A stretch of 64,000 bases of DNA from an uncultured Halobacteriales archaeon (lineage in GTDB: Archaea > Halobacteriota > Halobacteria > Halobacteriales > Halobacteriaceae): NCBI GenBank assembly GCA_964594685.1, contig CAZQNH010000002.1, positions 2,816 through 66,815 of the forward strand, read 5' to 3'. Positions 9,687 to 20,172 of the stretch are shown piece by piece. Each line of letters begins with the position of its first letter. The first letter of the stretch is position 1. The notes under the pieces were generated by a model. That model had not been told where the DNA came from and made no database searches. It saw nothing but the letters and a program-made list of their open reading frames with translations. Position numbers and translations under genes: made by a program.

Positions 9687-10162
9687 CTACTCGGCATCCT
9701 GGCGGAATCGCAGGAGAACCCATCCCGGGAGCAGCACGATGGTCAGGAAGGTCGGTATCGCGGAGCTGCAGGCGAGGAGATTCGAGATGATACTCCAGGC
9801 CAAGAGATGGAGGAGCCCGATCCAGAACGGGAGCAGGCCTACCAAACGGTCATCGCCGATTATCGTACGGGTCCCGAATACCGAGATGGCGAGTGGGAGA
9901 CCGAAGAGTATCGACAGGACGATCGCCGCCAACCACGGCTCTTGGACGCCAAGTTGCCCTGCGGCTGCGAGAAGAATCACCGCCCCCCTCAACCCGAGGC
10001 CGAGCCACTGGACGGCGTCGGGCCATCTGGTGGCGAAGAAGCCCAAGAACACGAAGGGAAGAGGATCAGGGCGATGATCGTACCAGTGACCCATTATACG
10101 GCCACGACGGGTGCGTCGTACACCGCGAACCGCGCCAGCGCTTGTATCCAAGATGGCCCCAT
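9687..10162 (-). pseudogene. Probable disrupted membrane-protein gene (in-frame TAA plus 1-nt frameshift)
   Basis: ATG 10162 reads MGPSWIQALARFAVYDAPVVAV, TAA at 10096-10094, then WVTGTIIALILF continues in frame; a 1-nt shift at ~10057 joins hydrophobic PFVFLGFFATRW... Confidence 0.4.
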
Positions 10163-10477
10163 CCTATGATTTACCAGTATCCCGCCCCCTGCGACGCGTC
10201 TGAAAAGCCGTCTTCACCGTCGTGTGGTTCGATCACGACCAGGGACGGATCCGCCGGGATTACGTTCCGGTTTAGATGCCACGTTGTTCAATCTCGGCAA
10301 CGCGCTGTTTCCGCCGTGACTTTGGCACTGTTTGGCACTCGAGGAACCTCTCCGAGGATATGAACCTTCGGTACCCCCCGTGTGAAAATCCGGGTTTAGA
10401 GAGCCGGCCCAGCATATTATGGGCCCGTACGTCGGTCCCGTCATCTATTTAAACGCTTCCTCGTTAATGGTTATCAA

Positions 10478-10494
10478 TCCGTGTGCGACACGGA
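10478..10494. promoter_or_regulatory. Palindrome between the TATA box and the dppA start (candidate operator)
   Basis: TCCGTGT-gcg-ACACGGA; TATTTAAA at 10446-10453; ATG at 10514. Confidence 0.45.
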
Positions 10495-10513
10495 GCACTG
10501 CGAGTGACACACA

Positions 10514-12238
10514 ATGCCAAAAGATACAGAAAACTGGCACGTGCGCCGACGCCGAATCCTCCAAGGACTCGGCGGCGCAAGTATCGTGGGTCTCGCCGGC
10601 TGCACCGGTGGAGACGGCGAGGACACGACCACCACGACCACCGAAGAGGGTGGCGGCGGTGGTGAGACGACGACCACCGAGGAGGAGATGACCCAAGAGG
10701 GCGGCAAACTCAATCTGGCCCAGGTCAAAAGCCCGATCGAGTTCGACCCGATCGTGCTCAACGACGTCCCGTCCCTTCAGGTCTCCCAGAACGTCTTCGC
10801 CGGACTCTATCAGTACGATGCCGGCACGAACGTCGTTCCGGACATGGCCGAGGGCGAACCCGACGTCTCCTCGGACGGGACCGAGTGGACGGTAACGCTG
10901 AAGGAGGGTCCACAATTCCACAACGGGGATCCGGTGACGCCGGAAGACGTCCGGTATTCGTTCCTGGCGCCGGTGGAGGAGGAGACGGAGAACGCTTCGG
11001 AGCTGAACATGATCGAGTCCATCGACATCGATGGACAGGACATCACGTTCAACCTGAGTTTCCCGTACGGAGCCTTCATCCACAACCTTACGTGGCTCAT
11101 CGTTCCCGCAGACGTGCGCGGCGAGATAGGTTTCGAAGGGGAAGGTGAGGACAAGGAGTTAAAGGACAAAGCGAGCAAGGACAAGTTCAACACCCAGAAT
11201 CCCATCGGGTCCGGGTCGTTCAGGTTCGTCGACTGGCAGGAAGGAAACTATGTGCGACTCGAGCGGTGGGACGACTACTGGGGGATGGACTCCCCGAACC
11301 TTCAGGAGATCGAGTTCGTCCCGATCGAGGAGGGGACGACCAGGGTCACCACACTTCGGAACGGCGAGAACGACATCATTGAGGAGATTCCCCCGCGGCT
11401 GTGGGGTACCGTGGAAGGAATCAGCGATGCACAAATCGACTCGGTGCCGGGAATCGGGTACTTCTACCTGGCGTTCAACTGCAACGAAGGCCCGACCACG
11501 GACCCGAAGGTGCGGGAGGCTGTCGACTACGTCTTCAGCATGGACCAGGCGGTGTCGAACTTCGTGGAGCCGACCGGGCTGCGACAGTACAGCCCGCTGC
11601 CGCGTCCCATCGCCGAGGATTGGGAGATGCCACTCGACGAGTGGGAGGCTATTCCCCACGACAAGGACATCGATATGGCGAACCAGTTGTTCGACGAAGC
11701 GGGCGTCGATTCCGGCTACCAGTGGAACATCATCGTCCCACCGGACGACAAGCGCGAACAGATCGGCGTCACGGTTTCGAACGGCCTGAAGGAGGCCGGG
11801 TTCGAAAACGTCTCGGTCCAGCGACTCGACTGGGGTGCCTTTCTCGATAAGTACATCACCGGCGATCCGGACGAGTACAACATGTTCACGCTGGGGTGGT
11901 CTGGAACGCCCGACCCGGACGCGTTCACGTACTTCCTCTTCGGCCGGACGGATGACACCCTGGGTGTCACGAACGGGTCGTTCTACGGGAACAACTCGGA
12001 GCGGGGCAAGGAAGCTGCCCAGATGTTCGTCGACGCTCGCGAGAGCTCAGACTACGATGAGCGCCAACAGCTCTACCAGGAAGGTATCACGATGCTCCTC
12101 GAGGATCGTGCCCACTTGCCGGGCTACAACCTGAAGAACAGCTTCGGGGTCAAGGACTACGTCAACGACTTCACCTCCCACCCGACCGATTCATTCCACA
12201 TCTTCAGTGGACACAACAACGTCTCGGTCAACAAGTAG
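10514..12238 (+). CDS. dppA: Peptide ABC transporter substrate-binding lipoprotein (family 5), Tat-exported
   Basis: RRRILQGLGG Tat motif, LAGC lipobox, Thr/Glu/Gly linker, FHNGDPVTPEDVRYS, PIGSGSF. Confidence 0.93.
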   Translation: MPKDTENWHVRRRRILQGLGGASIVGLAGCTGGDGEDTTTTTTEEGGGGGETTTTEEEMTQEGGKLNLAQVKSPIEFDPIVLNDVPSLQVSQNVFAGLYQYDAGTNVVPDMAEGEPDVSSDGTEWTVTLKEGPQFHNGDPVTPEDVRYSFLAPVEEETENASELNMIESIDIDGQDITFNLSFPYGAFIHNLTWLIVPADVRGEIGFEGEGEDKELKDKASKDKFNTQNPIGSGSFRFVDWQEGNYVRLERWDDYWGMDSPNLQEIEFVPIEEGTTRVTTLRNGENDIIEEIPPRLWGTVEGISDAQIDSVPGIGYFYLAFNCNEGPTTDPKVREAVDYVFSMDQAVSNFVEPTGLRQYSPLPRPIAEDWEMPLDEWEAIPHDKDIDMANQLFDEAGVDSGYQWNIIVPPDDKREQIGVTVSNGLKEAGFENVSVQRLDWGAFLDKYITGDPDEYNMFTLGWSGTPDPDAFTYFLFGRTDDTLGVTNGSFYGNNSERGKEAAQMFVDARESSDYDERQQLYQEGITMLLEDRAHLPGYNLKNSFGVKDYVNDFTSHPTDSFHIFSGHNNVSVNK

Positions 12239-12319
12239 GTCGACGCAGCCCCCAGATTTCGAATCGTTTATAGCCAGGAAAGTCTTCGTACCCGAAAGAA
12301 CGAGACGGAGGACCAACCC

Positions 12320-13372
12320 GTGGGTCTCACCAGATATACCATCCGCCGGCTGTTGCAGGCCGTCCCCGTGATAGTTGGTATCATCACGATCACCTTCTTC
12401 CTTACAGACGCGATTCCAGGCGACCCGGTGTCGATCATGCTGGGCCCCTCGCCGAGTGCGCAACAAGCGGCCGCGATTCGGGCGAAGTATGGACTCGACC
12501 AACCACTGTTCATCCGCTATTTCAACTACCTCGGTGACGTCTCGCCGATCTGGTTCGACACGACCTCGACGTTCCCGTTCCTGGAGCCCACCTTCGGCGT
12601 GGACCTGGGCCAGAGCATCTATTACAAGGTGCCCGTGGTCCAGAAGATCGCCGAACGGTTGCCGGTGACCCTGTTGCTCCTCGTCTCGAGTTTCTCCTTT
12701 GCCCTCCTGGCGGCGGTCCCGCTGGGCGTCATCTCGGCGAAGCGCCGGAACAAGCCGGTCGACCACGTCTCCCGGGTCGTCGCCCTCATCGGCGTCTCGA
12801 CACCGAGCTTCTGGATCGGGCTTATCCTCATCATCGTCTTCGCCTTCCACCTCGACATGTTCCCGGCGACCAATCTCGTGATGCCGTATGCCGATCCAGC
12901 GGAGGTGGAAGGGGCAGAAAGCTGGGTCGACGTGCTGGTGGTATCGGGCAAACACCTGCTGTTACCGACCCTCTCGCTCGGGACATTGCAGATGGCGGCT
13001 ATCACGCGTATCGAGCGCTCGGCCATGCTCGAGAACCTCTCGAAGGACTACGTGCAGCTGGCCCGCGCCTACGGGGTCAGGGAACGGACCATCCTCCGGA
13101 AGCACGCCTTCCGCCCGGCCCAGCTGCCCGTCATCACCATCGTGGGACTGGGACTCACCCAGGCCCTCGGTGGCGCGGTCCTCACCGAGACAGTCTTCAG
13201 TATCAACGGGATGGGCCGACTCATCATCACGGCCATCTACAACCAGGACATCCCTCTGGTGATGGGTACGACCATCTTCTTCGGGCTGATGTTCGTGATC
13301 GGGGTCATCATCACGGACATCTCGTATGCCTATGTGGATCCGCGGGTGTCCTACGGGGAACAGGAGGGATAA
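12320..13372 (+). CDS. dppB: Peptide ABC transporter permease
   Basis: IPGDPVSIMLG, EAA-like loop DYVQLARAYG, GGAVLTETVFSINGMG; GTG start. Confidence 0.95.
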   Translation: MGLTRYTIRRLLQAVPVIVGIITITFFLTDAIPGDPVSIMLGPSPSAQQAAAIRAKYGLDQPLFIRYFNYLGDVSPIWFDTTSTFPFLEPTFGVDLGQSIYYKVPVVQKIAERLPVTLLLLVSSFSFALLAAVPLGVISAKRRNKPVDHVSRVVALIGVSTPSFWIGLILIIVFAFHLDMFPATNLVMPYADPAEVEGAESWVDVLVVSGKHLLLPTLSLGTLQMAAITRIERSAMLENLSKDYVQLARAYGVRERTILRKHAFRPAQLPVITIVGLGLTQALGGAVLTETVFSINGMGRLIITAIYNQDIPLVMGTTIFFGLMFVIGVIITDISYAYVDPRVSYGEQEG

Positions 13373-13373
13373 T

Positions 13374-14390
13374 ATGGGAACGCAGGACAGAACTGATACA
13401 GGCATCACCGATAATCCGGCCTCGGACGAACCCATAAGCGAGGAATCGAGTACCGGTGGCGTCGCCCGCGAGGAGGTTGCGGCTCGCGTCGGCTGGCGGT
13501 ACACCTACGCGCAGATCAAACGGGACCCGACCGCACTCGCGGGATTAGGCATCGTCGGCTTCTTCGGCACCATCGCTATCATCGCGGCGATCGATTTCTA
13601 CATCCTGGATTACTGGCTTGCCACCACGTTCTGGGTGCACCCGGAGAACGATCCGGCCACTATCGAGACGCTCCTACCGCCGGTGGGCCTCGAAAACGAG
13701 TTCGGATCCGGAACCATGGCCCACCCGCTCGGGACCGACCACCGAGGACGGGACCTCTTGGTCCGGCTCTTCTATGGCACCCGGATCGCGATGACCGTCG
13801 GATTCATGGCGACCATCATCGGATTCGTGGGCGGCACGGTCGTCGGCGCCGTCTCGGGCTACTACGGTGGGTGGGTCGACGACGTGCTCATGCGGGCCGT
13901 CGAGACCATCTACGCTATCCCGTTCCTGGTCCTCGTGATCGCCTTCATGACCGCGTTCGGCCGCGATCTGACCTTCGCCATGGTGGGCGTGGGAATCGCG
14001 TCGATTCCGACCTTCGCCCGACTCATCCGCTCACGCGTGGTGAGCGTGCGGGAGGAGGACTACGTGGAGGCGGCTCGGGCGGCCGGGGTCCGTGATAGCG
14101 GTATCATCCTCCGGCACGTGATCCCGAACAGCTTCGCGCCGGTCCTGGTCCAGGCGACCCTCCAGATCGGCGTCGCTATCCTGATCGTTGCCGGGCTCTC
14201 CTTCCTCGGGTTCGGTGCCCAGCCGCCGACGCCCTCTTGGGGCCAGATGCTTTCGGCCTCGCGGAACTACATGCTCCCGGACCCGTGGTTCAGCGTCTGG
14301 CCGGGGTTGGCCATCCTCATTACGGTGGTCGGCTTCAACCTGTTCGGCGACGGCCTTCGAGACGCACTCGATCCCCGAATCAATAATTAA
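13374..14390 (+). CDS. dppC: Peptide ABC transporter permease
   Basis: HPLGTDHRGRD, EEDYVEAARAAG, LSFLGFGAQPPTPSWG, RDALDPR. Confidence 0.95.
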   Translation: MGTQDRTDTGITDNPASDEPISEESSTGGVAREEVAARVGWRYTYAQIKRDPTALAGLGIVGFFGTIAIIAAIDFYILDYWLATTFWVHPENDPATIETLLPPVGLENEFGSGTMAHPLGTDHRGRDLLVRLFYGTRIAMTVGFMATIIGFVGGTVVGAVSGYYGGWVDDVLMRAVETIYAIPFLVLVIAFMTAFGRDLTFAMVGVGIASIPTFARLIRSRVVSVREEDYVEAARAAGVRDSGIILRHVIPNSFAPVLVQATLQIGVAILIVAGLSFLGFGAQPPTPSWGQMLSASRNYMLPDPWFSVWPGLAILITVVGFNLFGDGLRDALDPRINN

Positions 14391-14392
14391 CA

Positions 14393-15589
14393 ATGTCCGA
14401 TCCCCTCCTCGAAGTCAAGAATCTCAAGACCCAGTTCTTCACCGAAGAAGGCGTCGTGCGTGCCGTCGATGGCATCTCGTTTACTGTCAACGAAGGCGAG
14501 ATCGCCGGCCTGGTGGGTGAATCGGGTGCGGGAAAGAGCGTCGCTGCCCAGTCCATCATGCGTCTGGTCGAAGAGCCCGGGGAGATCGTTGGCGGAGAGG
14601 TCCTGTTCAAGGGCCAGCCGCTGATCCAGTACGAGGAGGTCGGCGAGGCCAAGGCTGACCCGGAATCGATCCTCGACGACGCGGACGATAACGTCGTCCG
14701 GCAGACCGACAGTGGGGCGGTCGAACTCCGGCCCACCGACGCGATGCTGACGAACGAGGAGATGCGACGCCGCATCCGTGGTCGCGAGATCGCGATCATC
14801 TTCCAGGATCCCATGGAATCATTGAATCCGGTGTACACCGTTGGGGGTCAGCTCCGGGAGTTCATCGAGATCAACCGGAACATGGGCGAGTCGGCGGCCA
14901 AGGACCTCGCGATCGAGATGTTCCGCGAGGTGGGCATCCCCGAGGCCGCCGACCGGTACTCGGATTATCCCCACCAGTTCTCCGGCGGGATGCGCCAGCG
15001 GGTGCTCATCGCGATGGCGCTGTCGTGCGAGCCCTCCCTCATCATCGCGGACGAGCCGACGACGGCCCTCGACGTCACCGTCGAAGCCCAGATTCTCGAA
15101 CTCGTCGACGAACTCCAGAAGGAGTACGCCACCTCTTTCATCTGGGTCACACACGACATGGGCGTCATCGCGGAGATCTCCGACCGGGTGAATGTGATGT
15201 ACCTCGGGGAGATCGTCGAACAGGCCGAAGTGGACGACCTGTTCCACGACACCAAACACCCCTACACCGACGCGCTGCTCGATTCGATACCGCGGCCGGA
15301 CCAGACCGTGGAGGATCTGCACCCAATCGCCGGGGTCATGCCTGAGGCGATCAATCCCCCGTCTGGCTGTCGGTTCCACCCGAGGTGTCCCGAGGCAAGA
15401 GAGGTGTGCACGCGGGTCCATCCGCATCCCGAGATCGTTGAGATGGACGGGGCACCCCACCGCTCGGCGTGTTTCAGGAACGATGACGTCTTCGACGTGG
15501 ATTACTGGGGGAGCGAACCCATCGAACTCCAGGCGGGTGCCGGGTTCGGTGCCGGGCTCGCCGAGGACCGCGGTGGTGGTGAGGAATGA
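14393..15589 (+). CDS. dppD: Peptide ABC transporter ATPase
   Basis: [31 protein letters not shown]-terminal GCRFHPRCP. Confidence 0.96.
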   Translation: MSDPLLEVKNLKTQFFTEEGVVRAVDGISFTVNEGEIAGLVGESGAGKSVAAQSIMRLVEEPGEIVGGEVLFKGQPLIQYEEVGEAKADPESILDDADDNVVRQTDSGAVELRPTDAMLTNEEMRRRIRGREIAIIFQDPMESLNPVYTVGGQLREFIEINRNMGESAAKDLAIEMFREVGIPEAADRYSDYPHQFSGGMRQRVLIAMALSCEPSLIIADEPTTALDVTVEAQILELVDELQKEYATSFIWVTHDMGVIAEISDRVNVMYLGEIVEQAEVDDLFHDTKHPYTDALLDSIPRPDQTVEDLHPIAGVMPEAINPPSGCRFHPRCPEAREVCTRVHPHPEIVEMDGAPHRSACFRNDDVFDVDYWGSEPIELQAGAGFGAGLAEDRGGGEE

Positions 15590-16902
15590 GTCTCGCCGAC
15601 GGCCACGACGAACTCGTCTCGGAGGATGACGTCGACTTCGGGGAGACGCTCCTCGACGTCGATGGTCTCAGCAAGTACTTCCCGAACGAGACTGGCTTCC
15701 TCGCGGGTCTCAAGTTCGATGGCGATGGCCGGATTCCCCGTCCGCGGCTCGATCGGCAGTGGGTGAGGGCCGTCGACGACGTCACCTTCAAGATCAGGAA
15801 GGGCGAGACCCTGGGGTTGGTGGGCGAGTCCGGGTGCGGGAAGTCGACGCTCGCGCGGACGGTCCTCAAGCTCCTCGAACCCTCCGCCGGGGACGTCTAC
15901 TTCAAAGGGGACAACCTCGCGGAGATGTCCGGCGACGCTCTCCGGTCGACCCGAAAGGACATGCAGATGATCTTCCAGGACCCACAGTCCTCCCTCGACC
16001 CGCGGATGAAGGTGGGTCCGATCGTCGAGGAACCGTTGCGGGCCCACGGGATTTTCGACGAAGAGGGCCGAGAGCAGCGCGCCAGGGACCTCCTCGAGCG
16101 TGTCGGGCTCGACCCCCAGCACTACAACCGGTACCCACACCAGTTCTCCGGAGGACAACGTCAGCGGATCAACCTCGCCCGGGCGATGTCCGTGAACCCG
16201 GACCTCATCGTGTGTGACGAGCCCACGAGCGCCCTCGACGCCTCGATCCAGGCCCAGGTGCTCAACACGATGCGTGACCTCCAGGCGGAGTTCGGTCTCA
16301 CCTACCTGTTCATCAGCCACGACCTCTCAGTCATCCGTCATATCTCCGATCGGGTCGCCGTCATGTACCTCGGCGAGATCGTCGAGGTCGCGGACAAAGA
16401 AGAGCTATTCGAGAACCCTCAGCACCCCTACACCGACGCGTTGCTCGAGGCCATCCCGGTCCCTGACCCGCGGGCATCGGGGACCCGCAGTGCCCTCGCG
16501 GGAGACGTCCCGAGCCCCATCAATCCGCCCTCAGGCTGCCGATTCCGGACGCGGTGCCCGCAACTCATCGCGCCCGAGGAGTTCGACCTCAGCGACGTGG
16601 AATGGGACGAAGTTCGGGATTTCCTCCGGGCGGTGGACCGCCGGACGTTCAAAGTCACTGACGAGTCCCAGATCAGGGCGGAGTTCTTCCCTGACGGCGT
16701 GCCGCGGGGCCGCGCCGGGGATGTGATCGAGGAGAGTATCGACCTCCTGTTGGCGGAGGACTGGGAGAGCGCACAGTCGCTCGTCCGCGAGGAACTCGCC
16801 GATCCGAGCATCTGTGCCAAGGAGAAGCCCGCCTACGAACTGGAGCCCAAGATGGGTGAGAACCGGCACTTCGTTGCCTGCCACCTCCACCGCGAAGGGT
16901 GA
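15586..16902 (+). CDS. dppF: Peptide ABC transporter ATPase
   Basis: [38 protein letters not shown]; ATGA overlap with dppD. Confidence 0.96.
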   Translation: MSLADGHDELVSEDDVDFGETLLDVDGLSKYFPNETGFLAGLKFDGDGRIPRPRLDRQWVRAVDDVTFKIRKGETLGLVGESGCGKSTLARTVLKLLEPSAGDVYFKGDNLAEMSGDALRSTRKDMQMIFQDPQSSLDPRMKVGPIVEEPLRAHGIFDEEGREQRARDLLERVGLDPQHYNRYPHQFSGGQRQRINLARAMSVNPDLIVCDEPTSALDASIQAQVLNTMRDLQAEFGLTYLFISHDLSVIRHISDRVAVMYLGEIVEVADKEELFENPQHPYTDALLEAIPVPDPRASGTRSALAGDVPSPINPPSGCRFRTRCPQLIAPEEFDLSDVEWDEVRDFLRAVDRRTFKVTDESQIRAEFFPDGVPRGRAGDVIEESIDLLLAEDWESAQSLVREELADPSICAKEKPAYELEPKMGENRHFVACHLHREG

Positions 16903-17014
16903 CCTACGACAGACAGGCTGGAGGGAACTGGTCCCACATACTTCAGTCTGGGAAGTGACTGACCGGATACTCCAGCGAAACGAGACTCACTCAGACAGTC
17001 CGCAGGCAAGAAAC

Positions 17015-17410
17015 TCACTCCAGGGTCCTATCTCCCATCGCGTTACGCACAGACCGCCGGGTCCAGGCGGCCGCTGGAGCGGATACCGCCCCCTCGATGG
17101 TGAAAAGCGGCAGGATCAGGACGATCATCGCGAACCAGGTGAACAAGGCCCAATCGATGGCGAACCCGGTCCCGATCACCCGGTATCGGTAGGCGCCGAC
17201 GAGGGCGACCGTTCCCACGAAGAGTCCCGCGCCCAGGGCGCCGGCTTTCGCCCCGCGGATCAGGCCGGCGTCGGTCGGACGACCCGACAGCCCCACGACG
17301 ATGCCGGCGGCCAGTCCACAGGGGACGATGGCTGTCCGGGTGATCTGGGTCCAGGCGAGCAGGGACAAGACTCCCGTCAGGACCCCCCCGAGGAGGAGTG
17401 GTCTATCCAT
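17015..17410 (-). CDS. Small multi-pass membrane protein
   Basis: 131 aa with ~4 hydrophobic Gly-rich helices; last gene of the usp-pit run. Confidence 0.7.
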   Translation of the reverse strand: MDRPLLLGGVLTGVLSLLAWTQITRTAIVPCGLAAGIVVGLSGRPTDAGLIRGAKAGALGAGLFVGTVALVGAYRYRVIGTGFAIDWALFTWFAMIVLILPLFTIEGAVSAPAAAWTRRSVRNAMGDRTLE

Positions 17411-17416
17411 AATCGA

Positions 17417-17893
17417 TCACCTCACCTCGATCGTCGTCCGGTCCTCCGGACGGGGGTGGCCCTCCACGGCGATGAAGGCCGAGATCTCGTGACGGCCCGG
17501 CGTGAGCGGCTCCCACCTGTCGGGTGATCCGGTCCGCCGGATGGTGCCCTCCCACCGGCGGGTGATGCGTTTCCGTTCCCGGCCCCGGAAGCTCATCATC
17601 GCTTCCTCGGGACTGAGGTATCGTCGCTCTTCGCTCGCCTCGAGGGCACCGTCGACGGCCCACCCCCAGAGTCGGGCTCGCGGGGTCTTGACCGTCACGG
17701 GGACGGGGAGTCGGTTCTGGAATTCGATGGCTATCTCGACGGCCTCACCCGGGGCGTACTTCGTGCGGTCCGTCGTGACGTCGACGTCGATGGCCCGGCG
17801 AGCGAGCCGCTGGGGAATCAGTCGGCCGAGGGCCTCGGTCAGGTAATTCGTGGTTTCATCGAACCCGGTCCGGTCCAACTCGTCCGCGGCCAT
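17417..17893 (-). CDS. Conserved hypothetical protein, probably beta-sandwich; start could be up to 17941
   Basis: 'VDVTTDRTKYAPGEAVEIAIEFQNRLPVPV...LWGWAVDG...PGRHEISAF'; tightly packed with neighbours. Confidence 0.75.
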   Translation of the reverse strand: MAADELDRTGFDETTNYLTEALGRLIPQRLARRAIDVDVTTDRTKYAPGEAVEIAIEFQNRLPVPVTVKTPRARLWGWAVDGALEASEERRYLSPEEAMMSFRGRERKRITRRWEGTIRRTGSPDRWEPLTPGRHEISAFIAVEGHPRPEDRTTIEVR

Positions 17894-17937
17894 CGTTTCT
17901 CGGTAGGTGACAACTCGTCTTCGCTTTGTCGGTCCGG

Positions 17938-19143
17938 TCACCCGCCCAGGATGATCGCGAACACCCGGTAAAGCCCGAAACCGACCAGGATCGACGACGT
18001 GAGCGTGATGATCCAGAATACGAGCGTGACGCCGATCTTCCGACGTGAGACCCCCGCAGAGCCCCCAGCCAGGCCCCCGCCGATGACGCCCGACAGGATG
18101 ATATTATTGAACGAGATCGGGATCCCCAGCGCGATGGCGACCTGGGCGATGATGAAGCCGGGCACCAGGGCGGCGATGGATCGTCGGATTCCCAGTTGTG
18201 CGTACTCCCGGGACGTGGCCTGGAGGAGTCGGGGGGCGCCCATCCAGGCCCCGCCGAGGATCCCCAGCGCGCCCAGCCCGAGCAGCGTGATACCCGGGAG
18301 GCCAAGTTCGGCCCGGAACAGGTTCTCGAGCGGACCGGTTGCCAGTCCCACCTGGCTGCCGCCGCTGGAGAACGCGACGACGCTCCCGAGGACGACGAGG
18401 AACGTGCTGACGCCCTGCTCGACGGACTCCTGTGTGCGGCGTCGTATGTAGGTGAAACTGGCAGCGGCGAGGGCTGCGGTGACCACCGGAACCAGCAGGT
18501 CGATCCCCCCGACCGAGGGTGTGTCCACCAGCATCGAGACGAACCCTGCTAATGAGTTCTGGGATTCCCCCGGCAGGGCCGGGATCACCCCCAGTCTGAT
18601 GTTCGCCAGGACTGCACCGACCAACCCGGCGAGGAGCGGTATCGCCAGTGTATCGGGGATGTCGTCTCGGCGGAGTAACGTGGCGGTCCCGTACGCGAGG
18701 CCACCCGAGACCGGCGGGACCATCAGCCAGAACAGGCCGATCCGGCGGTACGTGTCGAATGCTGGATCGCCACCGAGTGAGAGCCCGACGCCGATCATGG
18801 CCCCGGTCGTCGCGAACGCGGCGGGGATGGGATACCCGAAGAATATCCCGGTGGCCATGAAACTGGCCGCGGTCAAGAGCCCGGCTGTGGCGGCCAGCGA
18901 GGAGAAGGCGACCCCGCTGATGAGGTGCGATCCCACGGTCTCGGAGATGGCGCCGCCCTGGGTCAGGGCTCCCAGGGCAGCCAGGATCCCGATCAGGAAG
19001 GCCGCCCGCATCGTGGAGATGGCGTTGGCACCGATGGCAGGCGCGAATGGCGGGGAGTTGCTGTTGGCGCCGAGGGTCCAGGCGGTGAACAGGCTGATCA
19101 CGGTCGCGAGCACGACGAGCGACCAGAATCCGAATGCGGTCAT
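17938..19143 (-). CDS. pit: Inorganic phosphate transporter, PiT family
   Basis: PiT signature GANSNSPPFAPAIG and second repeat AFSSGGSQVG; PISFNN. Confidence 0.88.
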   Translation of the reverse strand: MTAFGFWSLVVLATVISLFTAWTLGANSNSPPFAPAIGANAISTMRAAFLIGILAALGALTQGGAISETVGSHLISGVAFSSLAATAGLLTAASFMATGIFFGYPIPAAFATTGAMIGVGLSLGGDPAFDTYRRIGLFWLMVPPVSGGLAYGTATLLRRDDIPDTLAIPLLAGLVGAVLANIRLGVIPALPGESQNSLAGFVSMLVDTPSVGGIDLLVPVVTAALAAASFTYIRRRTQESVEQGVSTFLVVLGSVVAFSSGGSQVGLATGPLENLFRAELGLPGITLLGLGALGILGGAWMGAPRLLQATSREYAQLGIRRSIAALVPGFIIAQVAIALGIPISFNNIILSGVIGGGLAGGSAGVSRRKIGVTLVFWIITLTSSILVGFGLYRVFAIILGG

Positions 19144-20024
19144 CGTCGAAGAATGGTAGAGAGTCGCCCGAGGACGCCACCGACGACGGCAGCGTCTCGG
19201 GCCACGATCACGGTTGTCTCTGATCGGCGCACCACCCGTCTGGGGACCGAGCCTACGAGTCGACCCCGGAGCGGTCCTTTCCGGGTGGCGCCCAGGATAA
19301 CCACATCATGTGACTCCGCCTGGGCGACGATAACCTCGGAGGGATGTTGCCCCTGGCGAACGGTCGTCTCGACCTCGATGCCGTTCTCCGCCACGTCCCT
19401 TACCGTCGCCGCCGCGGCCTCGGCGAATCCCGTTGCCTCTCCCTCGGTCGTCCCGTCTGTGGTGACGGAGAGGAGGTGAATCGTCGCATCGTTCGCGGCG
19501 GCGATGGCGGTTGCGACACGCCCCGCCGCGTCGACGTGCGGCCCGCCGGCGACCGGGACCAGGACGGACGAGACCCCCTCGGCTTCTCGACCGATGCGTT
19601 CGACATACACGTCGGTCTGGGCCCCGGCGAGGATCGAATCGACCGTCGTCCCGAGCAGTGCGTCGCTGGCCCTGGGATCTTCGTCCCACCCGATCACCAG
19701 TGCATCGGGCTCGTCCTCTTTGACTGCCCTGGTGATTCCCTTGGCGACGGAGCGGGCCACGACCAGGTCCCGGACTACCTCCACTCCCTTCGGGGCCGTC
19801 GCCTGCTCGAGCAACTCGTGGCTCTTGGCCGCGAACTCGCGGACGATGGTCTCGTCGGTGAAGACGCCGAACGGCGAGTCGTATGGCTTGGCGACAACGG
19901 TGACCAGCCGGACGGTCTTCGAGCCGCGCCTGGCGAGGTCCCCCGCTGTGCGGACCAGCTGTTGGACTTCATCCGGGTCTTCGACGGCCACCATCACGTC
20001 GCCCTCGGTCCCACGTTCGGCCAT
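19140..20024 (-). CDS. Universal stress protein with tandem Usp domains
   Basis: VMVAVEDP...ALVIGW; VLVPVAGGPH...VVILGATRKG...LVGSVPRRVVR. Confidence 0.9.
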   Translation of the reverse strand: MAERGTEGDVMVAVEDPDEVQQLVRTAGDLARRGSKTVRLVTVVAKPYDSPFGVFTDETIVREFAAKSHELLEQATAPKGVEVVRDLVVARSVAKGITRAVKEDEPDALVIGWDEDPRASDALLGTTVDSILAGAQTDVYVERIGREAEGVSSVLVPVAGGPHVDAAGRVATAIAAANDATIHLLSVTTDGTTEGEATGFAEAAAATVRDVAENGIEVETTVRQGQHPSEVIVAQAESHDVVILGATRKGPLRGRLVGSVPRRVVRRSETTVIVARDAAVVGGVLGRLSTILRR

Positions 20025-20172
20025 CAACAGGTGGTTTGGCGCGATACCGGAAAAGCGTTCGCGGGGCGGAACCGCCAATCACCCCAGCCCGCTCGCGGGA
20101 GCGGATATGTAATGTACAGACATGCACATAAACGCACACAATTTATCACGAGGGGGGCCGTCGGCGGCGGTA

